Shown one piece after another: positions 1-14,222 of a DNA stretch of 64,000 nucleotides (positions within the stretch are counted from its first letter, which is position 1; every line of letters begins with the position of its first letter). The DNA comes from Oopsacas minuta (Eukaryota; Animalia; Porifera). The stretch covers positions 124,001 through 188,000 of the forward strand of contig JAKMXF010000011.1 of NCBI GenBank assembly GCA_024704765.1, given 5' to 3'. The translations under genes and the position numbers were made by a program. The notes under the pieces are model-generated. The model was not told the origin of the DNA. It ran no database searches and saw only the letters and a program-made list of their open reading frames with translations.

Positions 1-2099
1 CATTTTAGTGTATTTTGCATAAGTTGTATAAACTTCGGACCTGTTCGGAATATCAAGGATCGGATTAACAATGATTGGATAGCTAAGATCAACTCTACTA
101 CGAAAATGTACCCATACAAACAAAAATATACCAAAGGTATGCAGAATAACTCTAATTAGTGATAAGACGGTTAAAATGAATTTCGAGATAAGACCAATTT
201 CAAACGCTAACTAATATTAACGCAGATCTACGGTATTATTTAAAAGCACATAATCTATGTTGTACAAATGTATGTATGTGCAAATATACATAATTGATCT
301 AGACCAGACAATTTCATGTATGAAATACATTGAAACAAGTGCAAGGGAAAAATCTTTGGGAAATCATTGCCACAGTTATGCCCCAATCGCGCATCATCGT
401 TGTCACTGGATTAAAAGCAAAGTAAATGTTTGGGCCAACAGGATTAGATTATCTAAGAATGAGAAATACCGAACGCTATAAAAGTATTTGAACCTGGAAA
501 CATGTCCTCACTGTCAATATATTCAAACCTAATTGATTACAAATGATTTCAGCATTACTTGCCATCTATAAAGTATAAGGCCGAAATAATTTTCTAAATA
601 TTGATGACAAATTACTGAGATAAAAAATGTTTTGTGTCATTACGAGTAATAGTGCCACTGCATGCTACACTAGATAAATAAATATTGCATATAAGAACAG
701 AGAGAGCAAAAAAAACGCCCAGCAACTGTGGTGGAATCATGATTTCCATAGAATTATAATACAAGATGAGAATCTAAATACAAAGAGAATCTCTGGCTAC
801 GAAACTGGAACTGTGTGCTTGAAATACTTTGGAACCCCAATGAACAAAAGAAGAATCAACAAATGTGAATCTAAATAATGTCCACGGGAGTAAAGTTAAA
901 CGAATTGATACAGAATGTTCGAATTCAATAACTTAAAGCAAGATTAAACTTCAAATATATTTGATATCAATACTAGGGTATTAGAATGTTTCAAAAACCA
1001 GATCGAGATCCTCTTTGAGGATCGGAAGAGGATGGTAGATATAATTGAAAAGTATATCAGGAACGGGATAGGATTGATAATTTTCTGAAAAGATCCGATC
1101 CTTTCAATATCAGAAAAGTAGCAGTGGTATATTCTTAACTAAGCCTAAATAACGATTTTAATGATCCAGGATACAAATACAAATGATGATTAGAGTAATC
1201 ATCCATAGTAGAAACTTTTTTTTCGAAATAATCAGTTGTTTAACTTTAAGGAATTCCCAGATTGTAAACAATGTGGGATTTAAACATATTCCCAACGTTT
1301 TACTTTAATCATTCGCTTGCAATGATTGTATATAGAATTATAATTGTGATTTATACTACTAAAAATTGAATATAGAAGAATTGCTCAAACGCCTAAATAG
1401 AATCCCCTAAATATACATTGTACAACTTTTTGAAATGATGTAAAGTCCATATATGTTAAATATATAGAAAAACATGCTATCACTCGAAAAGTACTGCAAT
1501 AATAATCAAACTATTCAAATGCACTTCGAAAAGGGACCTTCAAATGGAGGATCGTAAATTGAATCGTGATAGGATCGTAGATGCATTCAGAAAGTAGGAC
1601 CGGAACTGGAAAGCTTATAATAATTTCAGACATATCAGGATTGAGATCTATATCCATTTTTGAGGTTTGTCTAATGCCTCATCAATAACAAATACATATT
1701 TTAGAAAGTATATCAAAAAGTTAAGTAAATTCTCAGAATGGGTCAATATTCTATGGCGGCTCATCCCACTAGCTAGCCCTGCTTGAAACGAGAAAGGTGA
1801 TATGAACGACTCCTACATAATAAGTTAATTTGTTTTTCAACTAAGCCAAATTTAAGTTATTTTTCTTCCAAATTTAAGCTTACAATTTTGCAGTCTGTAA
1901 ACAGGTTGCGTATCCTGAGTGTTATTAGGGAAAGCAATCTATTAATGAAGCAACATATGGGTAAATATGTAGTTCAGCTGCCTATCTTTAAGTAGGATTG
2001 GATGTATTGCTGAATATCTTGGCAAAAACACAAAAAAGAAAATGGTTCATGCATTTATCACAAGTAAACTAGACTGCTGTTATTCCTCATTGTTTGGTT

Positions 2100-2640
2100 T
2101 ACTTGATAAAGTACTGAATAAACTACAAAGCAATCATAACTTTGTGTCCCGCTGGGTTTCAGGAACTAAGAAATTTGACCATATTATTCTATGTTAGAGA
2201 AAATTATTGGTTGCCTATTAAAGCAAGGATTGACTTTAAGATACCCTTGGTTACCTATAAAGTTATTTATAGCTATTGTCCAGGATATCTATGTGACTTG
2301 ATTCAACTATGTGAAAATCCTAATAATCTCAGATCATCTATACTAACCAAGATAAGCAGCCTAGAGCAAGATTTCGGAACTATGGGGATCGGTCGTTTTA
2401 GATAGCAGGACTCTGGAATTCTCTTCCGGTTCATGTCAGAACCTCTACTACTATGGACACTTTTAAAGAACATTTAAAGACCCATATATTCACTAAGTAT
2501 TATAAATAACTTCAACTAATTTTTTCTTTTACTTGTTTTTGTATTTTTTGGTGTGTACATAGTTAATCTGAACTGTAAACGCCTTGACACAATATGTGAA
2601 TCACGTCCTTAAATGCAGTATTTATTGATATTATTAGTAT
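2100..2640 (+). mobile_element. 3' remnant of an L2/CR1-clade LINE (end of ORF2 plus 3' UTR), degraded
   Basis: Translation across stops gives ...WLPIKARIDFKIPLVTYK...PGYLCDLI...LRSS...GDRSF...GLWNSLPVHVR...FKEHLKTHIF. This is the typical C-terminal signature of L2/CR1 ORF2 and is followed by an AT-rich tail. Boundaries approximate. Confidence 0.7.
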
Positions 2641-3713
2641 GAATTTTGGGTAAACTGGTCAATGTTCAGTTTTTCTAAAAATAAGCTCCTCATTATAATG
2701 TTTCTGAGTTATCGCACAAACCATGGCTGTCATATATTTTGTCACTATGCACATATTATTATGTGATCATTGAAATTATGTTAAAATAGGCACACCTAAT
2801 TTATAGCATACACCAAACTTTTCTTACGCTTTAATACATATCGATATATGATCTCTTAGCAATGTGAAGTAATCATGGATATACCTATATATGATCATTT
2901 TTAAGTTTGCGAATAATCTGTTGAGATATAATATCAAAATGTATTACAAGGGTATGTTAAGTCTGAGGTATATTATAAATGGCCACGCGGATATGACAAT
3001 AATTATAACAATTATCGAGTAGTCACAAGATATTAACAAAAAACGGGCAAACCATGGTCTATACAATAATTTAGAACGTCTGCACTTTATCAACACACTT
3101 TTGCATATTTTTGAGAAAATTTTCAGACCATTAGTTATTTCAACATTCTGAGCATATAACAATAATTGCTGGCGTTTAAAACCTCTATCATAATAGTGGC
3201 CAACCGCTGCTAATATTCCTAATACAATCACCGATGTTTAGTGATTAAAATTGAAACTATCCATAAATAGCAATTATATATGTGACCGTGATTGATTTTA
3301 TCTTTCTAAAATTTTGAAATTGAGAATACGACCGAAATATATAACCATAAATAAATAGCGAACTATCAGAATTCGTGTATATATATATAATTTCTAACAT
3401 AATAACAACTTAGTAACACTGAATATATTGGTATAAATGACTCTTTTGGTTAACCGAATGTATTATATTATAGCAGTCAACAGGATATAGTGGCTGTTAA
3501 ACGTTAACCGGATAAATAAAATAAGCACTGAATTAACCTTTGCATAGTTTCAACAATGATGCATATTTATAGATATTTGCCAATTACGCTGACATGTGCG
3601 TCACTTCGATCTGAAAATATTCACAACTGTGGTTTTTGTGGTTTGTTACATACCAATGTTACAAGTATTTGGGTCTATATTACCTTAGTATACATCATTT
3701 GAATTGTTTAGAG

Positions 3714-5968
3714 CAGTGTTTCCTAACATGGACAATATTGCCCCCGGGGGGAGAAGAACGATGGTTTAATTCTGCACAGGTTTAAGCTCAAATATCCGAC
3801 CAAAATAATTATGTAATTGTAATTGTAATTGGAAAACACAAATCCATATTAGGATTCATAGTGTTTGTTAATCATGTAATATTGTTTTGATACCATTGTT
3901 GGTTTCGACTGGAATTTAAGATAATGTGATAAATAATACAAGAATCTTTTGATACCACCATTGGCAGATGTAATACACTGTCCATCCATTAGTAGAGACA
4001 CGTATTAATAACAGGTTAAACTAATCTAGAGACTTACTAATTTATTAACTCACTAGCAAGATGTCTTCTGATGCACCACCGCCCTGTAAAAGGTAAAGAA
4101 AAATCGCCAATACAATCTGAGTTACCTAGAATTTGGATTTATTCCCAGTCCGAACGATCATACCGGACCAGTGTGTCTTATTTGCGGCAGTCCCTTTTCT
4201 AATGAAGCAATGAAACCGAGTAGACAGAAGGATTATCTTAATAGACTGCATTCTAGCAAACTTAACACAGATTCCAAGAAAATGAATGCAAACTAGGAAA
4301 AGCAGAGAAACATAAAAATTCTATTCACGAAGAGAGACATACGCCTGGAAAATGGATTGAAAAGCTTCTTACAATATCTTGTTAATGATTGCAAAATCAG
4401 GTACGCCGCACATTATTGGTGAAAACTTATATTACCGTGCGTTAAGGAAGTAATAAAGACGGTCATGTGTCAATGCTCTACTTCTGTCTGAGCACAGTAC
4501 CGCTCAGCAACGAAACGGTACAGCGACGCATCGATGAGATAGGAGATGACGTCGAGTCGCAGCTCGTTCAGATATTGCCTAGGATAGATCATGCCATTCA
4601 GATTGATGTGTCCACGGTCAGAGGCAACGAAGCATTACTGATGGGCTACGTAAGGTTTGTGCATGAAAAGGAGGCAAAAGAAGAAATGTTGTTCGTTATT
4701 TCATTGCCAGCAGAGACAAAGGCCATGTCGTTATTTGTGGCTGTCAAGGATTTCTACGAAGATAAAGAGATAGCAATGAAGAAGATCATACAGTGTGCCA
4801 CCGATGGAGCTTCCGCCATGGTTGGACAGCTTCTCATGAAACGCGAGATTCCTGATGTCATAGCGATTCATTGTTAAATCCACAGACACCATCTCACGGA
4901 TAAACACATCAGTGGTGAGCTACATGACACTCTGAATTTCATAATCAAATGCATCAACAGAATTAAAGCTAAGTCCTTGAATGATCGTCTTTTCCGCCTT
5001 TTATGCCAGGATAACGATGAAGACTTTGAGCGGTTGTTACTCCATATTGAGGTTCGTTGGCTATCTAAAGGAGCCTGTCTGACAAGGTTTTGCGAACTGT
5101 ACGACACTGTTAAGGAGTTGTTGAGGAGACGCTGAAAGATTATGAGACGACAGAGAAACTGATACTCCTGAAAAACAACGTGGCATATCATTGAGACATA
5201 TTCTTCATGCTGAATGAGTCTAACAAACAACTGCAGGAAAATAAAAGAACTATGGTAAAATGTCACACCGTTATTACATCATCATTACTAAACTAAACTA
5301 AACTATTCAAATACAATGTAAGTCGCGGAGAACTCCGACAGTTTCCAAATCTGAGATAAAATCAGGTCTCAACCGAAGATCTTCTGAGATACTGTGATCA
5401 TCTGAGAATCTTAAGGAAGATTTTGTAGAACGTTTGTCGACGTTTCAATATGGAGATACCGAGATGGATTATCCGTCCGTATTCGTGCGATTTGCAACAG
5501 GTCCCTATTGAACTTCAGGAATCACTGATTGATTTACGTAGCAATGATGTAGTGAGTCTTCGTTCCCTGAATAATACTATAACATTTTGTAGTGTACTAT
5601 TGCTGACCAATACCCTGCTCTATGAGCCCGCGCAACAATGATGATATTGTCTTTCCAACATCGTTCCTCGTGGAGAAGGGTTTCTCAGCAGTTGTTGGAC
5701 TTCTCACAACGAAGAGGAATAGGTTGGAGATAACCAAACGTGATGGCCTTCGGCTCTTCTTGACCAAATCCAGTCCCGATCTGAAAATCTTGTAATTGGG
5801 CACCAAGCCTACCCTTCACACTAAACTTATACAAAGAAATTTTGAATTTATTATGTCTTAGCACTTGGTAATATAATTACTATATAAACAGGATGGGGCG
5901 AGGGGGGAGGTGAGGGATGGCCCGATCATCGAAGGTGGGGACCGACGGAAAAAGGTTGAGAAATGCTG
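3714..5968 (+). mobile_element. hAT DNA transposon, Charlie/Buster (SCAND3/ZBED8-like) type; transposase pseudogene ~4070-5820
   Basis: TIRs CAGTGTTTCCTAAC (3714) and revcomp CAGCATTTCTCAAC (5968). 8-bp TSD GTTTAGAG/GTTTAGTT (6/8). Protein fragments include PLSNETVQRRIDE, QIDVST, CATDGASAMVG, IHC, EVRWLSKG and FPTSFLVEKGFS, broken by stops and frameshifts. Confidence 0.85.
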
Positions 5969-8900
5969 GTTTAGTTCAACTCTTGTTGAATTGTTAACAT
6001 TTTATCAATTGTGCCACATGTGTCAGAATTCATACATCACTAGAAAATTGGAATCACAATAGGATATAATATAAAAATCATTTGATGTATTCCTAAACGG
6101 ACTGGAAATTATTTTAAATGTTGGAAATAGAGCCATTGTTGCAACCTGCATCTCGAAAATAAGAACCATCTTCTGCAAAATGCTTCTCCTATCCAAATCT
6201 ACGCACGTATTTCTGTAAGAGACAAAGGCGAATAGAACCCAGACAAGCCCTGAATGAATTTATTGCTAGTAAAAACTTCCATATCAGGATTTTAACCAGA
6301 TAGAGTACTTGGTTTGCTTGTTAGTTACGCTCCGATCAAATGCACAATAACATTTGACAACGTCGCTAAATTCAGGAAATATTGCATAATGAAAATTGAA
6401 CAATAAAAGTTACATACATTGGAACATCGTTAACACGGACACAAATGGGAGATCTTAAATTGCTACAGTTAAGTGGAGATCCTCATAGGTCTATGCAATC
6501 TGACCCATTACCCATGATCCATGAAGCATTGACCCATGGTACACTCGGATATTGCACATATTTGGACAGCTTAACGTTCAATGAAAGTACAACATAGGTT
6601 TTAAAACTGACAAACGCATCATAAACTATATGTGATTATGTGTTGTCCTACTCATAATACTTGGACATAAACAGTTACAGTTCACAAACTGACCATAGAT
6701 CAATGGATGGTTCTGAATTTCCCTGAATAAGCGCAAGGGTGTATATTGTTCAATGGCGATGATTTTTCGAAACTAATTGAATAATTTGTGAATAGGCAGA
6801 GGCATATGTTCAACTTAAAATTATTTTACAGGGTGCAATTTAAGTTCTGTCCCCAAATTCGAATGCCCAAACATTTATTCATAACCAATGTATTAGTTTA
6901 TATACAGCGTATTTAAGTCATATTAACCCTTTAGGGTAAGGATCTAACTGAATTACACCAAATAACAGATTCTGAAAATATATTCTTGATAGAGAAAGAG
7001 AGGGGAGAATTATTGAATTAGTCAAAACCTGGCTGACACATGCACAAATAATGAGATTGTGAAGACTCCACGATACAGGCGAAAGTTTGTATATTGTACT
7101 ATTAGTAGGTAGAAGGAACCGGAAGAGGTTGTAGACGGGAAAGAATGGTCATCCGCGTTCAATAAGGACTCTACAACTCAAGAAGGGAGTGAGGGAACAG
7201 ATTCGTCAAAATCCCCCATCGTTTGATGAGAAAACGGGTCTAGGACTCAAGGTTTCCCAATTTCAATCCGAAAAGTTGCAAACCAACTTAGGGATGCGAT
7301 AATACAAGAGAAAGAGAGTTCATTACCTTAGCGAACAGGTTAAAGAGAAGAGACTACTGAGATGTAAAGGGAAACCTGGTCAACGCGTAAATTGTGGTCT
7401 GGAAATATCCTGTTTTCAGATGAGAAAATCTTCACAATCTACAAGGTTTCTAATGGTCAAAATCACAGGATAATAACACCCACTACGTGTAGACTAAAGA
7501 AATGCTCAGATATGTCCATGGGATGGAAAAACCTCATTCAGTGATGTTTTGGGCTGGAATATCCGCTAGTGGGCGGACACGTTTTTTGCCCCTTTTGGGT
7601 TTAAAATCAATGCTTCTACTTACCACGAGTTGATTTTAGAACCGGTTGTGAAGAATCTAGGGCGGACAGTGTTTAATGGGAGTTCCTTCGTCTTCCAACA
7701 AGATGGAGCACCTGCCCATACCACAAACGTAACTTAAAATTGGCTTCACAGCAATATCACTGGGTTTATCAGTAAAGAACAGTGGCCTCCCTACAGCCTA
7801 GATCTAAATCCCAGGGATAATTCTGCATGGTCCATTCTCGTAACAAATGCCTATAGTAATTTTCACCAGTGGTGCAACGATGTCTAGTGCCACATGCTCT
7901 AAACGCCACGCCCTAAAATGTAACTTTATGAGTAGTTATCTTGAACAATTCCTGGGAGGGGTGTTGTTTGAAAATTCCCTTGCCCCTGCCCTGGTTCAGT
8001 AGAAACCATGTTTAGTTATTGGTTACATAATATGTGATTACACATATATGTTTTAACTTTTAACCGATAATACAATTATACTACCTCTTCGGGTCGTAGT
8101 AGCTCTCCCTCACAACCTGATCTTTCGTGATTTGAGTCTCGCAAAATTATCGATCACATGGATGAAGTCAGTTGCCTCAGTAAGACCTCTTTCGATCGAC
8201 AAAAGAGCAAGACTTGACAGCCGCTCTTGTTCCATGGTTGAACGAAGATATGTTTTCATGAGCTTCAGTTTTGAAAAGTTTTCTCGCAAGATGACACACC
8301 CACACACACATGGTTAGGAATGTCCTCAGCATTATCGGTAGGTTAGGGAACGACGTCTGGTTCCAGCTCACTAACCACTGAAGCAGGTCGAGCGAATTCC
8401 AATGCGCCACCATCTCTCCTGTTTGCGTCTCGAAACTTATAATGTGCCGACGCACACGACGGACCTCATTCTTCAAATTTTCAGCAGATATTTCGAAGAA
8501 AGTAGCAGTGAGTAGTTCAATTGCCAAAGTCGATGTCCTCGTCCTTGTTAGAATCCATTAAGAGCTCCATCTTGGTCAGAAATCCGAATTTGGCGTTTAC
8601 GTCTATCATATGGCTAGTTCTCCGTTCAATCTCCCCATATAATGTAGCCATTATCTAAAGCTGCTCTCGTACCAACTCTTCTTGCAATTACAAACTAACA
8701 TCATCTGTATCTTCCCCAATCATCTTCTTTCTCCGCCGTACCCTTCTTTCCGTCAGAATTCCATTTCCCTCACAGAATGGTACAGCCTTTATTTTTGCTG
8801 ATTCAACTATATTTTTCCTTTCTTCAAACAAAAGATTACAAGGGCTCCAAGCTTGGTAGTACAAATTCCAGTCCTAGGTCACACGTTTGGAGAAAGATTT

Positions 8901-10639
8901 GAGTATCATTGATTTCCTTAAGCACAGGATTCCAGAAGTTCAGATAGGCTAAGAAGGTGTAAGTTAAGATGCTAGACAGTACGATATTTGCTTCCGAGCG
9001 CGTGATAGCCGTCCCGTGACTACTGTCCCGGAGTTGTTCCAATGCATCAATGATAGATTCAAAACTCGATATTATTGCATCTCCAGAATCATATCTTGAG
9101 CTCAATCCTATTTCGCATGTCTTTTTAACAGTTCTTCCTGGAACATGCTGTTTAAATACTTCGCATCGGTGAGTTGATGCCGAGAAGAAAGCAAAGAGAC
9201 GATCCAGCGTACTAAAGTAAGTGATGGCATTAACTGAAGCTTGTGCAGAGTGTACTCCACCTAGGTTCAAAGAGTGGTTGTTAGAGGGAATGTATATAGC
9301 GAGTTTATTCGCATCAAGAATTCTGCGCTGCACACCACTATGGACACCGGCCATCGTTACAGCGTTGTCGTACCCTTGTCCGCGCATGTCTTGGACATCA
9401 AGATTGTTTCCTTTAACTTGGTCAAGATTGCATTTGTCAGTGCTTCAGCCCCCTTCTTTTGAAACTTAATGAAACAGAGGAATGTTTCCTTCACCTCAAC
9501 ATTTCCACCAGAGATTTTTACATATCTCAGTACTTGTGACATTTGATCGTCATGAGCAAGATCTGGGGTACTATCAAATATGATCGTGTAGTATTTTACC
9601 CCCCGAACTTCCTCAAGAATCTTTTCCAACACACATTGACCAGAATAGAGATAAAATCATTCTGTATCGCTGGGAAGAAATACGAAATAGTTTTTGGTTG
9701 GGATTAGATTCGAGTGAGATGTTCTCGTACTCCGGATCGTAGATGCCAAGGAACTTCACAAGCTCAAGGAAGTTTTCTTGTATTCTCGGTAGATGACAGA
9801 GCCTCTCTGCGACCTCGGAACGCTAGATTTTGCCGAGAGAGGAACCAAATGCAGTCGAGAATTCTGTTTAGAATATTCGGCCAGTTGGACGCACTATTAT
9901 TCAGGGATTTTTGGTTCTCGACGTCTATCGCTGCACTCTTATCAAGGCCCATGCAAAGCTCAGCCCACTGCAAGCAGGAATTATCGTGACCTGGTGAGTC
10001 TTCATGCGCATGAACACGCGGATTTAGCTTGGGCCAGTCTCCAAATCCAGTAGCTGTTCCGAAGGCGCTTGATATATTGCTGAACAGAAGGCAACAAAAG
10101 CACTGGAGACAATTTATCAAAGGCGAATACACTAGCAATGTGAGTAGAAGCTGCTCCCCGTTGTCTAGAGTTCTGTAAAACTAAATGCGATTCATGTTTC
10201 TATTTGTATTTGCGTTGTTTTGGGAGAGTAGGAAGGATCCATCTTTGTTCTGGAGACCGAGATGTCCTCGATGAACAATTTCCACCCGTAATGCGTCTGG
10301 GATAGAAGTAGTCCAGGTTCCAACGTCTTGGAAGAGGTTTTCGCTTGCCATTGGATTTGTGTCGCTTACGCCCTTGTCTACAGTTTCCGATGGAACCGGA
10401 TCACTCCTGCTTGCAATATCACTCTCTACACTTCCGTTGTCTACTTATAACGGATCAGGGATGACTCGTTCTTGACCAGTATTATGGGAAGAAAGTTGAA
10501 CAGGGACTAGAAAACGTTGCAATTCAACAGCTCCTATCTTGTTTAGTGCATCGCACTCTCTGCGTTAACGTTAGTAACCAGCCCCGCACAGCCGTAAACG
10601 AACCTTTGCCCGATTGGAGTTCATCTCATTAACAAATAA

Positions 10640-13127
10640 CACAGGTCAACAAAATTTAACTTCATTTTCTCACTAAGTATTAGATTGACATTTCTAAGCT
10701 AGTTTATTAAGCTGAATTCAAATCTGCTTTCAGATTCTTTCCAGCACGTCCAGTTTTTTCCCATCTACAAGTCAACGATTTTTATGTATTTCTTAAATTT
10801 TTCCTGTTATTTTATGGTACTGGCTGTCTTTTTGTCTTCTTACATGATACCCATCTGAAATAAATTAACGTTTCGATGTTTTAGATTAATGCCAAGATAA
10901 TATCAATTATTATTCTAGCTCTTACATATAATTATTCACATTCATGCATGTATCAACTACTCANNNNNNNNNNNNNNNNNNNNNNNNNNNNNNNNNNNNN
11001 NNNNNNNNNNNNNNNNNNNNNNNNNNNNNNNNNNNNNNNNNNNNNNNNNNNNNNNNNNNNNNNNNNNNNNNNNNNNNNNNNNNNNNNNNNNNNNNNNNNN
11101 NNNNNNNNNNNNNNNNNNNNNNNNNNNNNNNNNNNNNNNNNNNNNNNNNNNNNNNNNNNNNNNNNNNNNNNNNNNNNNNNNNNNNNNNNNNNNNNNNNNN
11201 NNNNNNNNNNNNNNNNNNNNNNNNNNNNNNNNNNNNNNNNNNNNNNNNNNNNNNNNNNNNNNNNNNNNNNNNNNNNNNNNNNNNNNNNNNNNNNNNNNNN
11301 NNNNNNNNNNNNNNNNNNNNNNNNNNNNNNNNNNNNNNNNNNNNNNNNNNNNNNNNNNNNNNNNNNNNNNNNNNNNNNNNNNNNNNNNNNNNNNNNNNNN
11401 NNNNNNNNNNNNNNNNNNNNNNNNNNNNNNNNNNNNNNNNNNNNNNNNNNNNNNNNNNNNNNNNNNNNNNNNNNNNNNNNNNNNNNNNNNNNNNNNNNNN
11501 NNNNNNNNNNNNNNNNNNNNNNNNNNNNNNNNNNNNNNNNNNNNNNNNNNNNNNNNNNNNNNNNNNNNNNNNNNNNNNNNNNNNNNNNNNNNNNNNNNNN
11601 NNNNNNNNNNNNNNNNNNNNNNNNNNNNNNNNNNNNNNNNNNNNNNNNNNNNNNNNNNNNNNNNNNNNNNNNNNNNNNNNNNNNNNNNNNNNNNNNNNNN
11701 NNNNNNNNNNNNNNNNNNNNNNNNNNNNNNNNNNNNNNNNNNNNNNNNNNNNNNNNNNNNNNNNNNNNNNNNNNNNNNNNNNNNNNNNNNNNNNNNNNNN
11801 NNNNNNNNNNNNNNNNNNNNNNNNNNNNNNNNNNNNNNNNNNNNNNNNNNNNNNNNNNNTGTTCACCAGTTGGTCGGCTGTTTCTTATACATAGGAAATG
11901 ACAATACTTAAGTAAACTTTGTTGCAATCCCATCAATAGCCTGATAATCTTAAGATCTCCGATGATATTCCATAAATGTGTGAAATATAGTATAGCCTCC
12001 AAAACTTCCTTCAAATTGACGATGGTTTCTTTTAGTTAGACGGAGTTGACTACAGATACGCCAGGCTTTTTATATCCGATATGAAACAAAACAGCTTTTC
12101 CAACTGCGTTTAGACGTGTCGATGAAAGGGAGCAATACGGTGTAAGAATGATCTTTTAATAGTTTCACATAAAGTCCTTCTATTAGATTACTATAGAATA
12201 GAGAACTATGTTTGGTGTAGTATTGAGCGATAACAAAATTTCGCTTGCTATAATGGGAAACTAGGCATATTTGTCGAGTAGGAATTTCTGTTGGTTCCTA
12301 GATGCAAGGAGTACCGATTTGTATTAATGTAGACCTAGAACCCTGACAAGGTCATTCATTTCCCCCTGGGTAAATGTTTGTGTCTCTAATAATTCCTCTC
12401 CCGAGAAATGATTCGCATCTGTATAATCTGCATTAACATCTTACAACATATCAGAACCGATTATAATTTGCTCTGACTTGGGAATTGGGATACGGATGAA
12501 ATGTTGCGATTAATCGCCCTGCGAGCAGAATCCAAATCTGAGTAAATAATTGCGTGCTTATTCTTAGCTTAGAATCTTGAAATGTAGATAAATCAAAAGA
12601 AACTATCATCAGGGTGATTTTGGTCTTCCCTCCAAACAAAGAATATTGATAATAGCATAGAAACTTTCCATTAGTTCAACCAATCACGTAATCCATATTA
12701 AAAAGAAGTACCTATAACATATGGGACCTTCAACTTGACTGAGTCACCAAGTAGAAATTCAAAGTACAATTTGTATGTGTTCTTTAATTGATTTGTGATT
12801 GGTCGTCATTGTGATTTTACGCAAAAAAGACCACAAACGTAACAGAAATTGTCGGGATGAGTTCTACAACTACGATGCATGTTTATAATTTGATTTGCTT
12901 GAATTCAAATAAGTAAAGTCATTTATATTCCAGATAATTGAATCAAAATAGGCATGCTCATATAAATTTAAATTTATGAATAAAAACAATACAATTGACA
13001 AAATGGATATTGGATTTCAGAATAACTAGGCGTGCTAGAGAAATTCTGATTGCAGATTCGAGTTCAGCATTCAAAAGTATGCTAAGATAAATGTGTGATC
13101 TCTGATGAGAAATCTTGTTGAGTTGTG
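10640..13127 (-). mobile_element. CMC-Chapaev3 DNA transposon, degraded, spanning an assembly gap
   Basis: TAA|CACAGGTCAACAAAATTT ... revcomp CACAACTCAACAAGATTT|TAA (3-bp TAA TSD). Minus-strand fragments from ATG 12880: MHRSCRTHPDNFCYVCG, WREDQNHPDD, FTQGEMNDLVR, FIDTSKRS, WNIIGDLKII.LLMGLQ...CHFLC. Confidence 0.85.
10964..11860. other. Assembly gap (897 N)
   Basis: Run of N inside the Chapaev3 element. Confidence 1.
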
Positions 13128-14222
13128 TAATAGTAATATTTATCGGTTACCACTCACAACTGCCACCCAATTATACGATTGTAGACTATTAACTAGTTTA
13201 AACAATGGTTTAATCCAGAGGGGTGGGTTAAAACTTTAAAAAGATTACCCTCGTTAGAACGGATACAAATTATCATAAAATTACATGAGATTCTAATATT
13301 TGTGTGGACCAATATGTAAAAATGCCGCCCCCCATAAAGTGCCACTGGGGCACGTGTCCCCATTGCCCCCCCGTCGTTACGCTACTGAATCTCACAAAAC
13401 TATTGAGTCTTTCAAGAGATCTTTGCTTGTAGAATGGCAGAAAATTCCCCAAGAGATCCTACGTGCCACGGTAGGGACCTTGCCAAACAGAATAAAAGCT
13501 ATAATTAAACACAAAGATGGGATTATTGAAAAGCAATTTATAATTTGTATTGTAGTATAAGATCTAATCTCGATGAGAATTTCAATGGTAAGGAATGTTT
13601 ATTTACAATGTTATTGGTTAATACATTTAGGACAGAACATAAATCACATCATATACAATGAACACAAAATTATTTTTTGCATATACACATACTAAATGTA
13701 TTTTGCTTTCAAAAGTTGAGTTTAGGCAGACAGACTTAACTCGAAAGACTTCAACCGTGAATACATAACATCGTTAAGATCATAGTAATATCAAGATAGT
13801 CGTTGTAAAATAAATATTTAAGTGTGTGCATATCAAGAATTGATTTGAAAAAACTAGCAGACCCCAGGGCTGATTTCATATACAGGAACTTTGGGCATGC
13901 CTAATGTAATTTCGAGTATTTGACAAAAATTCACACCAATGACGAAATTAAGAATTCATTTTCAACTTTTGGATTTCAAATAAAATCATATTATTCGCAA
14001 CTGGTCAGGCAATATAGATGATGGGAGATTTCAACCACAGTTATCCATCAATATAAAAATGTCTTTATATCACAATTTCCAATCAAAGTATACTCATCAC
14101 GGATAGGGATTGACAGTGAGCTGAACTTTGGAGAATGAGGCAGAGAAGGAAAATATCCGGTCTGGACAGTGCCTAGCGGGATTATTGGAACAATAGTTTC
14201 ATACCTACTATCATTGTATATA

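Larger units (their letters stand above)
7867..13387 (-). mobile_element. hAT DNA transposon, Tip100/ZMYM1-like; transposase pseudogene ~8110-10624; contains a nested Chapaev3
   Basis: TIRs CAGTGGTGCAACGA / revcomp CAGTAGCGTAACGA. 8-bp TSD ATTTTCAC/AATCTCAC (6/8). Fragments LSRQNLAFRG, IIFDSTPDLAHDDQMSQVLRYV, GQGYDNA..M.G...GVQ, HSLNL and FSKLKLMKTYLRSTMEQERLSSLALLSIE (hAT dimerisation domain). Confidence 0.87.
6829..13653 (+). mobile_element. Tc1/mariner DD37D (maT) element, degraded, split by a nested hAT insertion (7867-13387)
   Basis: TA|CAGGGTGCAATTTAAGTTCTGTCC at 6829; degenerate right TIR (18/24 match) ending at 13653|TA. FSDEKIF...QDGAPAH-(37 aa)-LNPRD lies at 7410-7830. The C-terminus SHKTIESFKRSLLVEWQKIPQEILRATVGTLPNRIKAII resumes at 13390, directly after the hAT. 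Confidence 0.8.

Noticed and set aside
2944-3231. 95-aa hydrophobic minus-strand ORF
   Set aside because: No recognisable motif or splice context; compatible with a chance ORF in AT-rich DNA.
10944-12014. Long ORFs in the track (301-353 aa)
   Set aside because: They are artefacts of the N run; only the 11861-12014 part is real (Chapaev3).
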